Of a stretch of DNA of 64,000 bases, positions 38,063 to 48,117 are shown in pieces. The first letter of the stretch is position 1, and each line of letters starts with the position of its first letter. Source of the stretch: Dehalococcoidia bacterium (GTDB taxonomy: Bacteria > Chloroflexota > Dehalococcoidia > Bin125); assembly GCA_963663235.2 (NCBI GenBank), contig CAXXNO010000009.1, forward strand, positions 1 to 64,000, written 5' to 3'. The notes under the pieces are model-generated. The model was not told the DNA's origin. It was given only the letters and a program-made list of their open reading frames with translations, and did no database searches. The translations under genes were made by a program, and so were the position numbers.

Positions 38063-39487
38063 TCAGGCGCCCGCCCAGGCCAGATCCGGCCGCCGCGTGT
38101 GCCAGTCGGTCGCCTGCTGGTAGGCGTGGCCCACCCGCAGCACCATCGCCTCCGCCCAGGGCCGCCCGACGATCTGTAGCCCCGTCGGGAGGCCGCCTTC
38201 GTCGCGCCCGTTGGGCACGGTGAGCGCCGGTTGCCCCGTCAGGTTGAACGGGTAGGTGCAGCGGATGGAAGCGGACATCAAGGTCTCCGTGAAGCCATCG
38301 GGCGCGGTGTACTCCATCTGCCCGTGCGGGGCCGCGGTGACTGCGACGGTGGGGGTGGCCATGACGTCGATGCGCTGATCGTCCCACAGCTGCCGCATCT
38401 CGGCGCAGATCCGCGTTCGGTAGCGTGAGGCGTTGATCCAATCGGTGGCGAGGATGAACTCACCCGTCTTGATGAAGCTGAGCACGTCCGGCCGGTAGCC
38501 GCCGGGATTCGCGCGGACGTGGGGGGCGTGGTAGGCGGCCGACTCGGCGAGCGCGATGCCGAAGCCGGCCGGGTCGGTCATCTCCACGCTCTTGGGCACG
38601 GCGACCTGGATGACCTCAGCGCCGAGCCCCTTCAAGACATCGAGGGAGTCCTGGAGAGCGCCGGCAACCGCCGGGTAGTGGCTAACGAAATAGTTGGTGG
38701 GGACGGCGACGCGCAGGCCGCGGACGCCGCCCGAGAGCGCGGCGGTGTAGTCCTCAGTGGGGCGCTTGGAGGAGTTGGGGTCGCGCGGGTCGTGGCCCGC
38801 CATGACGTCCAGAGCCAGGGCGACGTCCTCGACGGTCCAGGCGAGCGGGCCGACGTGATCAAAGGAGTAGGAGAGCACCAGGGCGCCGAATTTGGAGATG
38901 CGCCCGAAGGTCGCCTTGAGCCCCGTGATCCCGTTGAGGCAGGCAGGGATGCGGACGGAGCCGCCGCCGTCGGTGCCGATGCCGAAGGCGGCCTGGCCGG
39001 CCGCGATCGCCGCACCGGTGCCGCCGCTCGACCCGCCCGGCACGCGCGCGGTCCCGCCGTCCCAGGGGTTGCGCGTGGGCGGGGTCTGCACGCCGTAGCC
39101 GAACTGGTGGGTGTTGGCCTTCCCTACCAGGACCGCCCCGGCCGCCGCCAATCGATCCACCACCGTGGCGCTGCGGTTGGGGACGTAGCCCTTGAGCAGA
39201 TCGGACGAGCCAGTGGTCTCGATCCCTTTGGTCTCGAAGAGGTCCTTGGCGGCGTAGGGCACGCCGTCGAGCGGGCCGATGGGCCGGCCGGCGCGACGTC
39301 GCTCGTCCGAGGCGTCGGCGGCGGCCAGCGCCGTCTCGGCAGTGACGGTGATGAACGCCTTGACGGCGCCGTCGGTCCGCTCGATCCGCTCGAGGCAGAG
39401 CGCGGTCATCTCGCGGCTGGAGAACTCGTTCTTTGCGAGTCCGTCCGCGATCGACTTCACGGTGCGGAGATCCTGGTTACTGGTCAT
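38063..39487 (-). CDS. Amidase signature family amidase, close paralog of 32453..33877
   Basis: PLDGVPYAAKD, PGGSSGG, GTDGGGSVRIPA. Confidence 0.93.
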   Translation of the reverse strand: MTSNQDLRTVKSIADGLAKNEFSSREMTALCLERIERTDGAVKAFITVTAETALAAADASDERRRAGRPIGPLDGVPYAAKDLFETKGIETTGSSDLLKGYVPNRSATVVDRLAAAGAVLVGKANTHQFGYGVQTPPTRNPWDGGTARVPGGSSGGTGAAIAAGQAAFGIGTDGGGSVRIPACLNGITGLKATFGRISKFGALVLSYSFDHVGPLAWTVEDVALALDVMAGHDPRDPNSSKRPTEDYTAALSGGVRGLRVAVPTNYFVSHYPAVAGALQDSLDVLKGLGAEVIQVAVPKSVEMTDPAGFGIALAESAAYHAPHVRANPGGYRPDVLSFIKTGEFILATDWINASRYRTRICAEMRQLWDDQRIDVMATPTVAVTAAPHGQMEYTAPDGFTETLMSASIRCTYPFNLTGQPALTVPNGRDEGGLPTGLQIVGRPWAEAMVLRVGHAYQQATDWHTRRPDLAWAGA

Positions 39488-39700
39488 GGCCAACGCCCCC
39501 TTTTCCCGCGCGAAGGGCCGCGACGACTCCGTCCCGCACAGTCACCGCGACCCCGCAGCGTCCCGTTCTCGGCTTGCCCCGAGGCGGCCAAGATCGTGCA
39601 GAGTCTACGCCAGGGCGGGCGGCGTGTGTGAAGGCGAGCGGCGAGCGGTTGTGAGGCCGTCCTCAAGGGAGGAGAATGCGCGCGCGGAACGGAGGAGCCC

Positions 39701-40501
39701 ATGCCGAACACGATTCTCTATGACGTCCACGAGCGCATCGCCACCATCACGCTCAACCGGCCGGAGCGGCTGAACGCGCTCTCGCCGGAGATGCAGCGCG
39801 AGATCGACGAGGCGCTGAGCGAAGCAGAGCGCGACGAGGCCGTGCGGGTGGTAGTCATCGCGGGCGCGGGGCGGGCGTTCTGCGCCGGCTACGACATCGC
39901 CGGGACGGGGGATTCGGCGCAGATCCGCGACGTCGCCGCCGACCGCATCCGACTGGAGAAGATGCTAAACCGCTGGTTGCGGATCTGGGACGCCACGCTT
40001 CCGGTGATCGCCAAGGTCCACGGCTACTGCCTGGCCGGCGGATCACAACTGGCGATCATGTGCGACGTGACGATCGCGGCGGAGGACGCGCGCGTGGGGA
40101 CGCCGCAGCTGCCGCTAGGCGCCGGGTTCCTCTCGCCGATCTGGGCCTGGCACGTAGGGCCGAAGAAGGCCAAGGAGTTGCTGTTGCCGACGGGCACGAT
40201 GATCTCCGGCAGCGAGGCGGCGCGGATCGGGCTGTTCAACGTCGCGGTGGCGGCGGATCAACTCGACCAGTACGTGGCGGAGTACGCGCAGAGCGTGGCC
40301 AAGACGCCCAAGGCGGTCCTGGCGCTGGAGAAGCTGGCCATCAACCGGAGTCAAGAGGTGCAAGGATTTCGGCAGGCCGTCCTGCAGGGAGCGGAGATCG
40401 ACGCGCTGGCGCACGCCACCGATGCCGTGATGGAAACGAAGCAGCAGATCCAGGAGCAGGGGTTGAAGGCGGCCCTGGCCGCCTGGCAAGCGGCCGACTG
40501 A
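39701..40501 (+). CDS. Enoyl-CoA hydratase/isomerase family protein
   Basis: TITLNRPERLNAL, AFCAGYD, PVIAKVHGYCLAGG. Confidence 0.92.
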   Translation: MPNTILYDVHERIATITLNRPERLNALSPEMQREIDEALSEAERDEAVRVVVIAGAGRAFCAGYDIAGTGDSAQIRDVAADRIRLEKMLNRWLRIWDATLPVIAKVHGYCLAGGSQLAIMCDVTIAAEDARVGTPQLPLGAGFLSPIWAWHVGPKKAKELLLPTGTMISGSEAARIGLFNVAVAADQLDQYVAEYAQSVAKTPKAVLALEKLAINRSQEVQGFRQAVLQGAEIDALAHATDAVMETKQQIQEQGLKAALAAWQAAD

Positions 40502-40546
40502 GCGTTGATCCCTCGGCAGGGCCGCGCCGCTCGGGCGCGGGCGCCG

Positions 40547-41713
40547 TCAGGCGCCGGATTGCGTCGGAACCGGATCGCCGGGTGGCGGGGCCGCCGCCGC
40601 CGCCGCCGGCGTCAGCGGGATGGCGCGCCGGCTCTCGGGGTCGAAGGCGTGGAGGTGGGCGAGGTCGAAGATGAGGCCGACCTCCCGCCCGGCCCGCGCC
40701 CGTGAGCGCGGGTCCACGCGGGCCAGAAAGCGGGTGCCCTCCCGGTCCAAGTGGAGATAGATCTCGCTGCCCATCAGCTCCATGAGATCGACGGTGGCCG
40801 AAACGGCCGCAGGGCGCACCCCCAGCGGGGGGAAGTCTCGATCGTGGATGTGCTCCGGGCGGATGCCGAGCACGACGCGCCCATTGGCGCGGGCCGCGAG
40901 AGCGGGCACCAGGTCGCGCGGCGTGTCGAGCTGAAACGCGCCCGCATCGAGCCGGATCGCCTCGGGGGTCTCGCTGACCGTTACGTCGAAGAAGTTCATC
41001 GCCGGGCTGCCGATGAAGCCAGCGACAAACATGTTCGCCGGACGGCTGTAGAGCTCCGCCGAGGCGCCCACCTGCTGGAGCAGCCCCTGATCCATCACCG
41101 CGATGCGGGTGGCCATAGTCATAGCCTCCACCTGATCGTGCGTCACGTAGACGAAGGTGGCGTCCAGGCGTTGATGCAGCTTGCTGATCTCCGCCCGCGT
41201 CTGCACGCGGAGCTTTGCATCGAGGTTGGAGAGCGGCTCATCCAACAGGAAGGCGGCCGGCTCCCGCACGATCGCGCGGCCCAAAGCGACGCGCTGCCGT
41301 TGCCCGCCGGAGAGTTGCCGCGGCTTGCGCTTGAGGAGCTCGCCGAGGTCCAGGATCTCCGCCGCCGCCTCCACCCGCCGCCGGATCTCTCGCTTGTCGA
41401 ACTTTCGCAGCTTGAGGCCGAAGGCCATGTTGTCGAAGACCGACATGTGGGGGTAGAGCGCGTAGGACTGGAAGACCATGGCGATATCGCGGTCCTTGGA
41501 CGGCACATCGTTGACGACGCGATCGCCGATGGAGATCTGGCCGCCCGTGATCTCCTCGAGTCCCGCCAGCACCCGCAGCGCCGTCGACTTGCCGGAGCCG
41601 GACGGTCCCACGAGGACCAAGAACTCGCCGTCGGCGATCTCGAGCGTGAAGTCGTTCACGGCGATCACGTCGCCGAAGGCCTTCGTGACGTGGTCGAACA
41701 TTACCTTTGCCAT
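40547..41713 (-). CDS. Sugar ABC transporter ATPase (MalK/UgpC type)
   Basis: GPSGSGKST, VFQSYALYPH, LSGGQRQR, DEPLSNLDA. Confidence 0.95.
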   Translation of the reverse strand: MAKVMFDHVTKAFGDVIAVNDFTLEIADGEFLVLVGPSGSGKSTALRVLAGLEEITGGQISIGDRVVNDVPSKDRDIAMVFQSYALYPHMSVFDNMAFGLKLRKFDKREIRRRVEAAAEILDLGELLKRKPRQLSGGQRQRVALGRAIVREPAAFLLDEPLSNLDAKLRVQTRAEISKLHQRLDATFVYVTHDQVEAMTMATRIAVMDQGLLQQVGASAELYSRPANMFVAGFIGSPAMNFFDVTVSETPEAIRLDAGAFQLDTPRDLVPALAARANGRVVLGIRPEHIHDRDFPPLGVRPAAVSATVDLMELMGSEIYLHLDREGTRFLARVDPRSRARAGREVGLIFDLAHLHAFDPESRRAIPLTPAAAAAAPPPGDPVPTQSGA

Positions 41714-41770
41714 GCGCGCGACCCCCGAGCGGCGACACCCGCCAGGATGGCGGGGCATCGACTATGCAGA

Positions 41771-42724
41771 TTACCCCTTTACCGATCCGGCCAGAATCCC
41801 CTGGACGAAATAGCGCTGCAAGGCCAAGAAGATGATCAGCGGCACCACCATCGAGATGAAGGCGGCGGCGGTGAGGAGCTCGTAGTCCTGGCCACGCGAG
41901 CTGACCAGGTTCGAGATCCGCAGCGTCATAGGCGCGAGGTTCGGATCGCCGAGGAAGATGAGGGCAATCAGGAGATCGTTCCAGATCCAGAGGAACTGGA
42001 AGATCGCGAGGGAGGCGAGCGCCGGCACCGAAAGGGGCAGGATGATGCGGAAGAAGACGCGCAGATCGGAGGCGCCGTCCATATAGGCGGCCTCCAGGAG
42101 CTCGCGCGGGAGGCCGCCGAAGAAGTTGCGCAGCAGATAGACGGCGAAGGGCAGGCCGAACCCGGTGTGCGCGATCCAGATGCCAGGATAGCTACTGATG
42201 CCGAAGATCTTGCCGCCCAGGACGGGCAGGTCGGCGTCGATGCTCACTGCGCCGTAGAGCTGCTGGAGCGGGATCAAGGTCATCTGGAGCGGCACCACCA
42301 AGAGGCCGACCACGAGCAGGAAGAGGATGTTGCGCCCGGGGAATCGCATCCAGGCGAAGGCGTAGGCCGCAGCCGCCGCCACCAAGATCACGATGACCAT
42401 ACTGGGGACCGTAATGATGATGCTGTTGACGAAGGCGCGGCCCAGCCCCTGCTGGTTGAGGACGACGTCATAGTTGTCGATCGTGAAGTCGAGGGGGGCC
42501 TTGATCGCTTCCCACCAACCGGAAGCGGCGATGGCGGTTGGATCGCGGAAGGAGCTCACCAGCAAAGCGATGGTGGGGATGCTCCAGAGCAGCACGATGA
42601 CGATCAAGGCGAGGTGGAGCGGCCCGCGCGCCAGAAGCCAGCGTCCGAGGCGACGGGGGTGCAGGCGCGGAAGGCGCGGCGCGGGAGGGCGTCCGGCCGG
42701 GAGGGAGAGACCGCGCCCCGTCAT
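41771..42724 (-). CDS. Carbohydrate ABC permease (AglG-like)
   Basis: ELLEAAYMDGAS EAA loop, FLWIWNDLL, ALQRYFVQGILAGSVKG. Confidence 0.92.
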   Translation of the reverse strand: MTGRGLSLPAGRPPAPRLPRLHPRRLGRWLLARGPLHLALIVIVLLWSIPTIALLVSSFRDPTAIAASGWWEAIKAPLDFTIDNYDVVLNQQGLGRAFVNSIIITVPSMVIVILVAAAAAYAFAWMRFPGRNILFLLVVGLLVVPLQMTLIPLQQLYGAVSIDADLPVLGGKIFGISSYPGIWIAHTGFGLPFAVYLLRNFFGGLPRELLEAAYMDGASDLRVFFRIILPLSVPALASLAIFQFLWIWNDLLIALIFLGDPNLAPMTLRISNLVSSRGQDYELLTAAAFISMVVPLIIFLALQRYFVQGILAGSVKG

Positions 42725-43671
42725 CAGCGGATCTCCTCCTGGAACTGGAAGCGCCGGATGCTGACGATCATGATGGGCACGACCCAGAGCAGCAGCACGA
42801 CGGCCAGCGCCGCCCCCACGCCGAAGTCACGGAAGCGGAAGAGCTCCCGGAAGAAGAGGGTGGCGACGACGTCCGTATCGGAGCGGCCGCCGGTGATGAC
42901 CCAGACGAGGTCGAAGATCTTGAGGGCGAAGATCACGAGCGTGGTGGTGACGACCATGATGGTGGGGGAGAGGATGGGGATGATCACGCGGCGGAAGATC
43001 TGCCACTCGTTGGCGCCGTCGACGCGGGCGGCTTCCAGCACCTCGCCCGAGATGCCCTTGAGGCCGGCCGAGAGCACCACCATGGCGAAGCCGGTCCACA
43101 TCCAGACGCCCACGGCGATCAGGACGAAGTTGTTGATCTGAAGCGGGCCCTCGAGCTCATCGGGCCCGGCGTTGGTAAACCAAGTCTGGGGCGCGCCGGT
43201 GTCCTGCAGCCAGGGGGTGGAGCCGCCCGTGGCCGGGTTGTCGATGCCGATCCCCGTGAGGACGGCGTTGACCGTGCCGATGTCCTGATTGAACTCCAGC
43301 ATGAAGCGCCAGATCACGGCGGCGGCCACGAAGGAGATGGCCATCGGGATGAAGACGCCGGCCTTGGCGATGGCCTCGTAGCGGACGCGTCCGGTGAGGA
43401 CGGCCATGACCAGCCCGAGCGAGACGGTGACGAGGGTGAAGAGGACCACCCAGAGCAGAGTGGTCAGGATCGCGCTGTGCGTATCGGCGACGAGGGACTG
43501 GGGATTGTCGATGATGAATTGGAAGTTATCGAAGCCGACGAAGGAGTCGGAGTGTTCGTCGAAGAAGCTGCGGCGGATGGTGTCGAGGGTGGGGTAGACG
43601 AGGAAGACGCCGAGGATGGCGAGCGCGGGCGCGAGCCAGATCCAGGGTACCCAGCGGCGGCGACGGGTCAT
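42724..43671 (-). CDS. Carbohydrate ABC permease (AglF-like)
   Basis: LAPAL, FIPMAIS, EAARVDGANEWQIF, LKIFDLV. Confidence 0.92.
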   Translation of the reverse strand: MTRRRRWVPWIWLAPALAILGVFLVYPTLDTIRRSFFDEHSDSFVGFDNFQFIIDNPQSLVADTHSAILTTLLWVVLFTLVTVSLGLVMAVLTGRVRYEAIAKAGVFIPMAISFVAAAVIWRFMLEFNQDIGTVNAVLTGIGIDNPATGGSTPWLQDTGAPQTWFTNAGPDELEGPLQINNFVLIAVGVWMWTGFAMVVLSAGLKGISGEVLEAARVDGANEWQIFRRVIIPILSPTIMVVTTTLVIFALKIFDLVWVITGGRSDTDVVATLFFRELFRFRDFGVGAALAVVLLLWVVPIMIVSIRRFQFQEEIR

Positions 43672-43694
43672 GGCGTCCCCTCCGCGCAATCAGA

Positions 43695-43729
43695 GGAGGC
43701 GGCCCGCCGTCGAGCGGCGGGCCGCCTCC
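43695..43729. terminator. Intercistronic hairpin after the binding-protein gene
   Basis: ggaggcggcccgccg-tcgag-cggcgggccgcctcc, 15-bp perfect stem. Confidence 0.7.
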
Positions 43730-43751
43730 GTCAAGCGCTAAGCAAGACGGG

Positions 43752-45131
43752 TTAGGTTCCTCGCGCGCCCTCAATGCTGGCGAGGATATCGTCCAGGTCG
43801 CCGGGGTTGACGAGGTACTCCGTCACGCCCACCCAGAACGCCTGCTGGAAGCCACCGCCCACGGTGTCATCCAGGTCAAAGCGGAAGGCCCTGGCCTGAA
43901 GCAACGACTCGGCCAAGCGGCGGGAGACCGGGTCGGGGTAGCGGTCAAAGTCGATATCGTTGTGGACCGAATTGAAGCCGCCGAGATTGACCCAGATCTG
44001 CTGCCCATCGGCGCCGGCGAGGTACTGCATCAGCGATTGCGTGGTGTCGTCGTCGTTGAAGGCGTAGACGAGGGCTCCGCCGCCGGCGACGCCGCCGCCG
44101 GGGAAGGGGAAGAAATCGAAGTCTTCACCGGCGACGGCGTCCGGGAACTGGTCGCTGATGAAGCCGGCCGCGAAGCCGCCCAAGTAGAACATGGCCGCGG
44201 TGGGCGGGTCCTCGAAGGGCGGGAAGCTGGCGTCGATGAAGCCGGTGGCGTTGATGCCCTCGCCGCCGCCCTGGACGACGTTGCCCTCCCCGAGCACGAT
44301 CTGGCCGAATTTCTCCCAGGCGTCCTTGACGCGGGGGTCGGTGAAGGGAATGGAGCCGTCGATCACGCCGTCGTTGACCTCGCCCCCGCCGGGCTCGCCG
44401 AGGATGAGCTCCTGGATCCAGTCCGTGCCGGGCCAGCCGCTTGCGCCGCCGCTTTCCACCCCCGTGGACCACGGCGTGAGGCCATCGCCCTTGATCTGTT
44501 CGGTGAGCGCCAGGAGGTCATCGAAGGTGCTCTGGGCCGTGAGCGGCTGCCAGCCGTTGTCGGCGAAGAGCTTGGGGTTGTAGAAGATGGTGCCCTTGGT
44601 GTCGGCCTTCATGAAGAAGGCGTAGAGGGTGCCGTCCACGGAGCCGAGGTCGACGAAGCTCTGCGGATAGTTGGCGCGGACCTCCGCCTCCAGGTCCAGG
44701 TCGGCCAAGGGGACCAGCTCCCCCTCGCGGGCGAAATCGCGCAGCGTGCCCACCTCGGGCGGGATGGCGATATCGGGCGGGTTGCCGCCCTCCACGCGGG
44801 TCGTCAGCAGCTCGGTCAGATCGCGGGTGCCGGTGAAGGCCATGTTTCCGCCGGTGGCGGCCTCCCAGGGAGCGACCATGGCCTCGAAGCGGGCGAGCTC
44901 ATCGCCGCCGCCCCAGACGCCGAGCACGTCGGCGGTGCCGAGCTCCGCCGGCGCCTCGGGGGGCGGCGCGGCGGCGGGGGCTGGGGCTGGGGCTGGTTCC
45001 TCGTCGTCGTCGTCGCCGCAGCCGACCAAGGCCAGCCCGGCGGCGCCGAGGGAGGCCGTGCTCGCACCCGCCAACAGCGAGCGCCGACTCAGCCGCTTCC
45101 CGTGCAAAACCCGTTGATGGAGCGTGTTCAT
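43752..45131 (-). CDS. Alpha-glucoside ABC substrate-binding protein (AglE-like), Tat lipoprotein
   Basis: SRRSLL, LVGC lipobox, GGNPPDIA, ESGGASGWPGTDW, FRFDLDD. Confidence 0.88.
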   Translation of the reverse strand: MNTLHQRVLHGKRLSRRSLLAGASTASLGAAGLALVGCGDDDDEEPAPAPAPAAAPPPEAPAELGTADVLGVWGGGDELARFEAMVAPWEAATGGNMAFTGTRDLTELLTTRVEGGNPPDIAIPPEVGTLRDFAREGELVPLADLDLEAEVRANYPQSFVDLGSVDGTLYAFFMKADTKGTIFYNPKLFADNGWQPLTAQSTFDDLLALTEQIKGDGLTPWSTGVESGGASGWPGTDWIQELILGEPGGGEVNDGVIDGSIPFTDPRVKDAWEKFGQIVLGEGNVVQGGGEGINATGFIDASFPPFEDPPTAAMFYLGGFAAGFISDQFPDAVAGEDFDFFPFPGGGVAGGGALVYAFNDDDTTQSLMQYLAGADGQQIWVNLGGFNSVHNDIDFDRYPDPVSRRLAESLLQARAFRFDLDDTVGGGFQQAFWVGVTEYLVNPGDLDDILASIEGARGT

Positions 45132-45286
45132 GAGACTTTCCTCCTCCTATTGGCAGCGCAACGCTACCGCATCGCAGCGTGACGCTAGGCCACGTCCAGC
45201 GCGAAGCCTATCAGGTCCAGACTGTCAGCAGGGACGGCGGCGGCGCCTTTTCGCGGGAGGAAGGGTGCGGGAAGGGCACCCCCGGC

Positions 45287-47146
45287 CTAGAGGCGCTCAG
45301 CCACCGATGACCACGCTGCGCGCCGCCTGCCGGCTTCCGCCCGCCGCAAGTTGACGGCCGCGCCGATGTGTCCGAAGTGCGTCAAGGCCTGGGGGAAGTT
45401 GCCCAGCATCTCGCCGGTGCGGCCATCGATCTCCTCGCTGAAGAGGCCCAGGTCATTGGCGTAGCCGGTGAGGCGGTCGAAGAGGGCGCGGGCGCGCTCG
45501 ACCTCACCGAGCATGATGAGGTTGTCGGTCAACCAGAAGGAGCAGATCAGGAAGGTGCCCTCGCTGCCGCGTTCGCCGTGCATGAAGTTGCGGTAGACGA
45601 GCCCATCGTCGGAGGTGAGCTCGCGCTCGATGGCGGCGATGGTGGAACGCATGCGGGGGTCCTTGGCGGGGATGAAGCGGACCAAGGGGAGGAGGAGGCT
45701 GGAGGCATCGAGCTCCTTGCTGCCGTAGGCCTGGACGAATGCGCCGCGGTCGGCGTCGTAGCCGCGGGTGAGGACTTCGTCGCGGATCTCGTCCCGGACG
45801 GCGCTCCAGCGGTCGACATCGCTGGGGAGGGAGCGCGCCTGCGCGAGCTTGACCATGCGATCGAGCGCCACCCAGCACATGACCTTGGAGTAGACATGAT
45901 GCTGGCGGCCGTCGCGGCTCTCCCAGATGCCGTCGTCGGGCTCGCGCCAGTGGTCGAGGACGAAGTCGGCGACGCGGCGGAGAAAGGCCCACTGCTGCTC
46001 GTGCAGCTCGCCGACGTACCTCTGATAGAGGTACGCGGTGTCGACGACCTCGCCGTAGATGTCCAACTGGAACTGAGTCTGCGCCTCGTTGCCGATGCGG
46101 ACGGGCCGGGAGCCGCGGTAGCCGTCCAGCTCCGGGAGCTCGATCTCGGTGAGGCGTCGCTCCCCGCCGAGGCCGTACATGAGTTGCAGATCGCGCGCGC
46201 GGCCCGCGGTGCTCCAGTCAAGCCACTGCTGATATGCCCGCGCGGTCTGGGTGAAGCCCAGAATAAACAGGCTATAGAGGGCAAAGGTGGCGTCCCGGAT
46301 CCAGGTGAAGCGGTAGTCCCAGTTGAGGTCGCCGCCGATGCGCTCGGGAAGCGACGTGGTAGGAGCGGCGACCAGAGCGCCCGACGGCGCGTAGGTGAGC
46401 GCCTTAAGCGTGAGGGCGCTGCGCAGGAGCTGGGGCCGGTCGGCGCCCTGGTAGGTACACTGCGCCGCCCACTCCTCCCAGTAGCGCTTGGTCCCGTTCA
46501 GCCAGCGCCCGAAGACTCGCTTGTCGACGGTGCGTACGCTGGGGGAAAAGTGCGTCTCGTAGGTGACATCGGCGTAGACGGCGTCGCCGGCGGGGAGCCG
46601 GCCATCGGCGACGAACTGATCGTCGCGCAGATCCAGATCCGCGGAGCAGAAGAGCGAGATGCCCTGCGCACCGCCGTGCGCGATCCCGGAATGCTCGTCC
46701 TGGAGAGCCGTGTACGGAGTAATTGCGCCGTAGTCGAAGCGGGGCCGACAGACCAAGGAGAAGCGGACGGCCCCCTCCGTGCAGCGGAGGATGCGGGCGA
46801 TGTGCTGGTTGGTCCCGGCCTCGAACGGCATGTCCGGCTCAGCGTGCTCATGCACGGGCATGAAGTCCGTCAGCGTCGCCAGGCCGGAGTCCGTCTCAAA
46901 GGCCGTCTCGAGGATGTTGGTCTCGGGGAGGTAGCGCCGACGGATCGATCGAGCGTCCGGCACCGTGACCTGGAAGTAGCCGCCGTTCTCCCAGTCCAGG
47001 ATGCGCCCGAAGATCGAGGGGCTATCGAAGCGGGGCAGGCAGCACCAGTCGATAGAGCCGGACCTGGAGACGAGGGCACAGGAGTGCGCGTCGCCGATGA
47101 GGCCGTAGTCGGAGATGGGCGGGTAGGGGCCAGCGGAGTCAGGCAC
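45287..47146 (-). CDS. Glycoside hydrolase family 15 (trehalase/glucoamylase-like)
   Basis: DYGLIGD, PTTSLPE..GG..NWDYR, QLDIYGE, GIWE, GNFPQALTH; start GTG 47146 (ATG 47182 is the alternative). Confidence 0.93.
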   Translation of the reverse strand: MPDSAGPYPPISDYGLIGDAHSCALVSRSGSIDWCCLPRFDSPSIFGRILDWENGGYFQVTVPDARSIRRRYLPETNILETAFETDSGLATLTDFMPVHEHAEPDMPFEAGTNQHIARILRCTEGAVRFSLVCRPRFDYGAITPYTALQDEHSGIAHGGAQGISLFCSADLDLRDDQFVADGRLPAGDAVYADVTYETHFSPSVRTVDKRVFGRWLNGTKRYWEEWAAQCTYQGADRPQLLRSALTLKALTYAPSGALVAAPTTSLPERIGGDLNWDYRFTWIRDATFALYSLFILGFTQTARAYQQWLDWSTAGRARDLQLMYGLGGERRLTEIELPELDGYRGSRPVRIGNEAQTQFQLDIYGEVVDTAYLYQRYVGELHEQQWAFLRRVADFVLDHWREPDDGIWESRDGRQHHVYSKVMCWVALDRMVKLAQARSLPSDVDRWSAVRDEIRDEVLTRGYDADRGAFVQAYGSKELDASSLLLPLVRFIPAKDPRMRSTIAAIERELTSDDGLVYRNFMHGERGSEGTFLICSFWLTDNLIMLGEVERARALFDRLTGYANDLGLFSEEIDGRTGEMLGNFPQALTHFGHIGAAVNLRRAEAGRRRAAWSSVAERL

Positions 47147-48053
47147 CGGGCTGAATCGGGACCAGGTCAGCCCGAGCGCCATCGTCGGTCAGGGACTGCA
47201 GGCCGATGGCGAATGCGCCCAGCAGGCCGACATCGTCGCCGCCCTGCGCCGGGACGATGTCGGCGCCCGAGACGGAGGAGTCGCCGTGTCGCGCTACGTA
47301 TTCGCGAACGGGCGCCAGCAACAGCTCGCCCGCCTGGGCCAACCCGCCTCCGATTACCACGCGCTCCGGCATGAAGCAGTACACCAGGTTCAGGATACCG
47401 ATTGCCAGGGCGTCGGCGACATCGAGGAAGTGTTCCCGCGCCCGCGCATCCCCGGCCCGCACCCGCTGGGCCACCAGCGCCGCATCCTCGCCGGCGAGGC
47501 GCGCGAGTGCAGTCCCCGATCCGAGCGACTCCATCGTGCCGCCGCTGCGGCGGTCGATGACCATGTGCCCGGCCTCGGCCAGAGAGCGGCGCCCGTGGAG
47601 CAGCCGTCCGTCGATGATGACCCCCGCTCCGACGCCCGTGCTCGCCGTGACGTAGAGCATGTCGGACGTGCCGATCCCCGCGCCGAAGCGGTGCTCGCCC
47701 ACAGCCGCGAGATCGGCGTCGTTTGCGAAGATCACGGGGAGGCGCAAGGCGTCGGCGAGTCCACGTCCGGACAGCCGCCCCTCCCAGGCGGGCAGGTTGG
47801 GGAGCCGCAGCGGCTCGCCGCGGACGTAGTCGACGGGGCCCGGGACACCGACCACCGCCAGCCCGATCTCCGCGCCGCCCGCCGCGATGGCCTCGCGCAT
47901 CGCCTCGGGGAGCGCCTGGGGGCGGTCCGGCGGCGTCGGGCTCACCGACTTGGTGCGCAGCACGCCGTCGAGGCCGAAGACGGCGACGCGCATCCGCGTG
48001 CCGCCCAGGTCCACGGCGAGGATCGCCGGCCGCTTGGGGGGCGGGGCGCTCAC
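47139..48053 (-). CDS. ROK family sugar kinase (glucokinase-like)
   Basis: VDLGGT, GVPGP, ANDADLAAVGE, STGVGAG, EAGH. Confidence 0.9.
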   Translation of the reverse strand: MSAPPPKRPAILAVDLGGTRMRVAVFGLDGVLRTKSVSPTPPDRPQALPEAMREAIAAGGAEIGLAVVGVPGPVDYVRGEPLRLPNLPAWEGRLSGRGLADALRLPVIFANDADLAAVGEHRFGAGIGTSDMLYVTASTGVGAGVIIDGRLLHGRRSLAEAGHMVIDRRSGGTMESLGSGTALARLAGEDAALVAQRVRAGDARAREHFLDVADALAIGILNLVYCFMPERVVIGGGLAQAGELLLAPVREYVARHGDSSVSGADIVPAQGGDDVGLLGAFAIGLQSLTDDGARADLVPIQPGA

Positions 48054-48117
48054 GGCGCGTGCGGGCGGGGAGGACGATCGGTCCGAACGAGCGTATCCGC
48101 CAGGGACGCTGCCGCCT

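Noticed and set aside
45152-45168. Imperfect inverted repeat upstream of the sugar-binding protein as an operator
   Set aside because: It does not match a consensus I can support, and no regulator gene is nearby.
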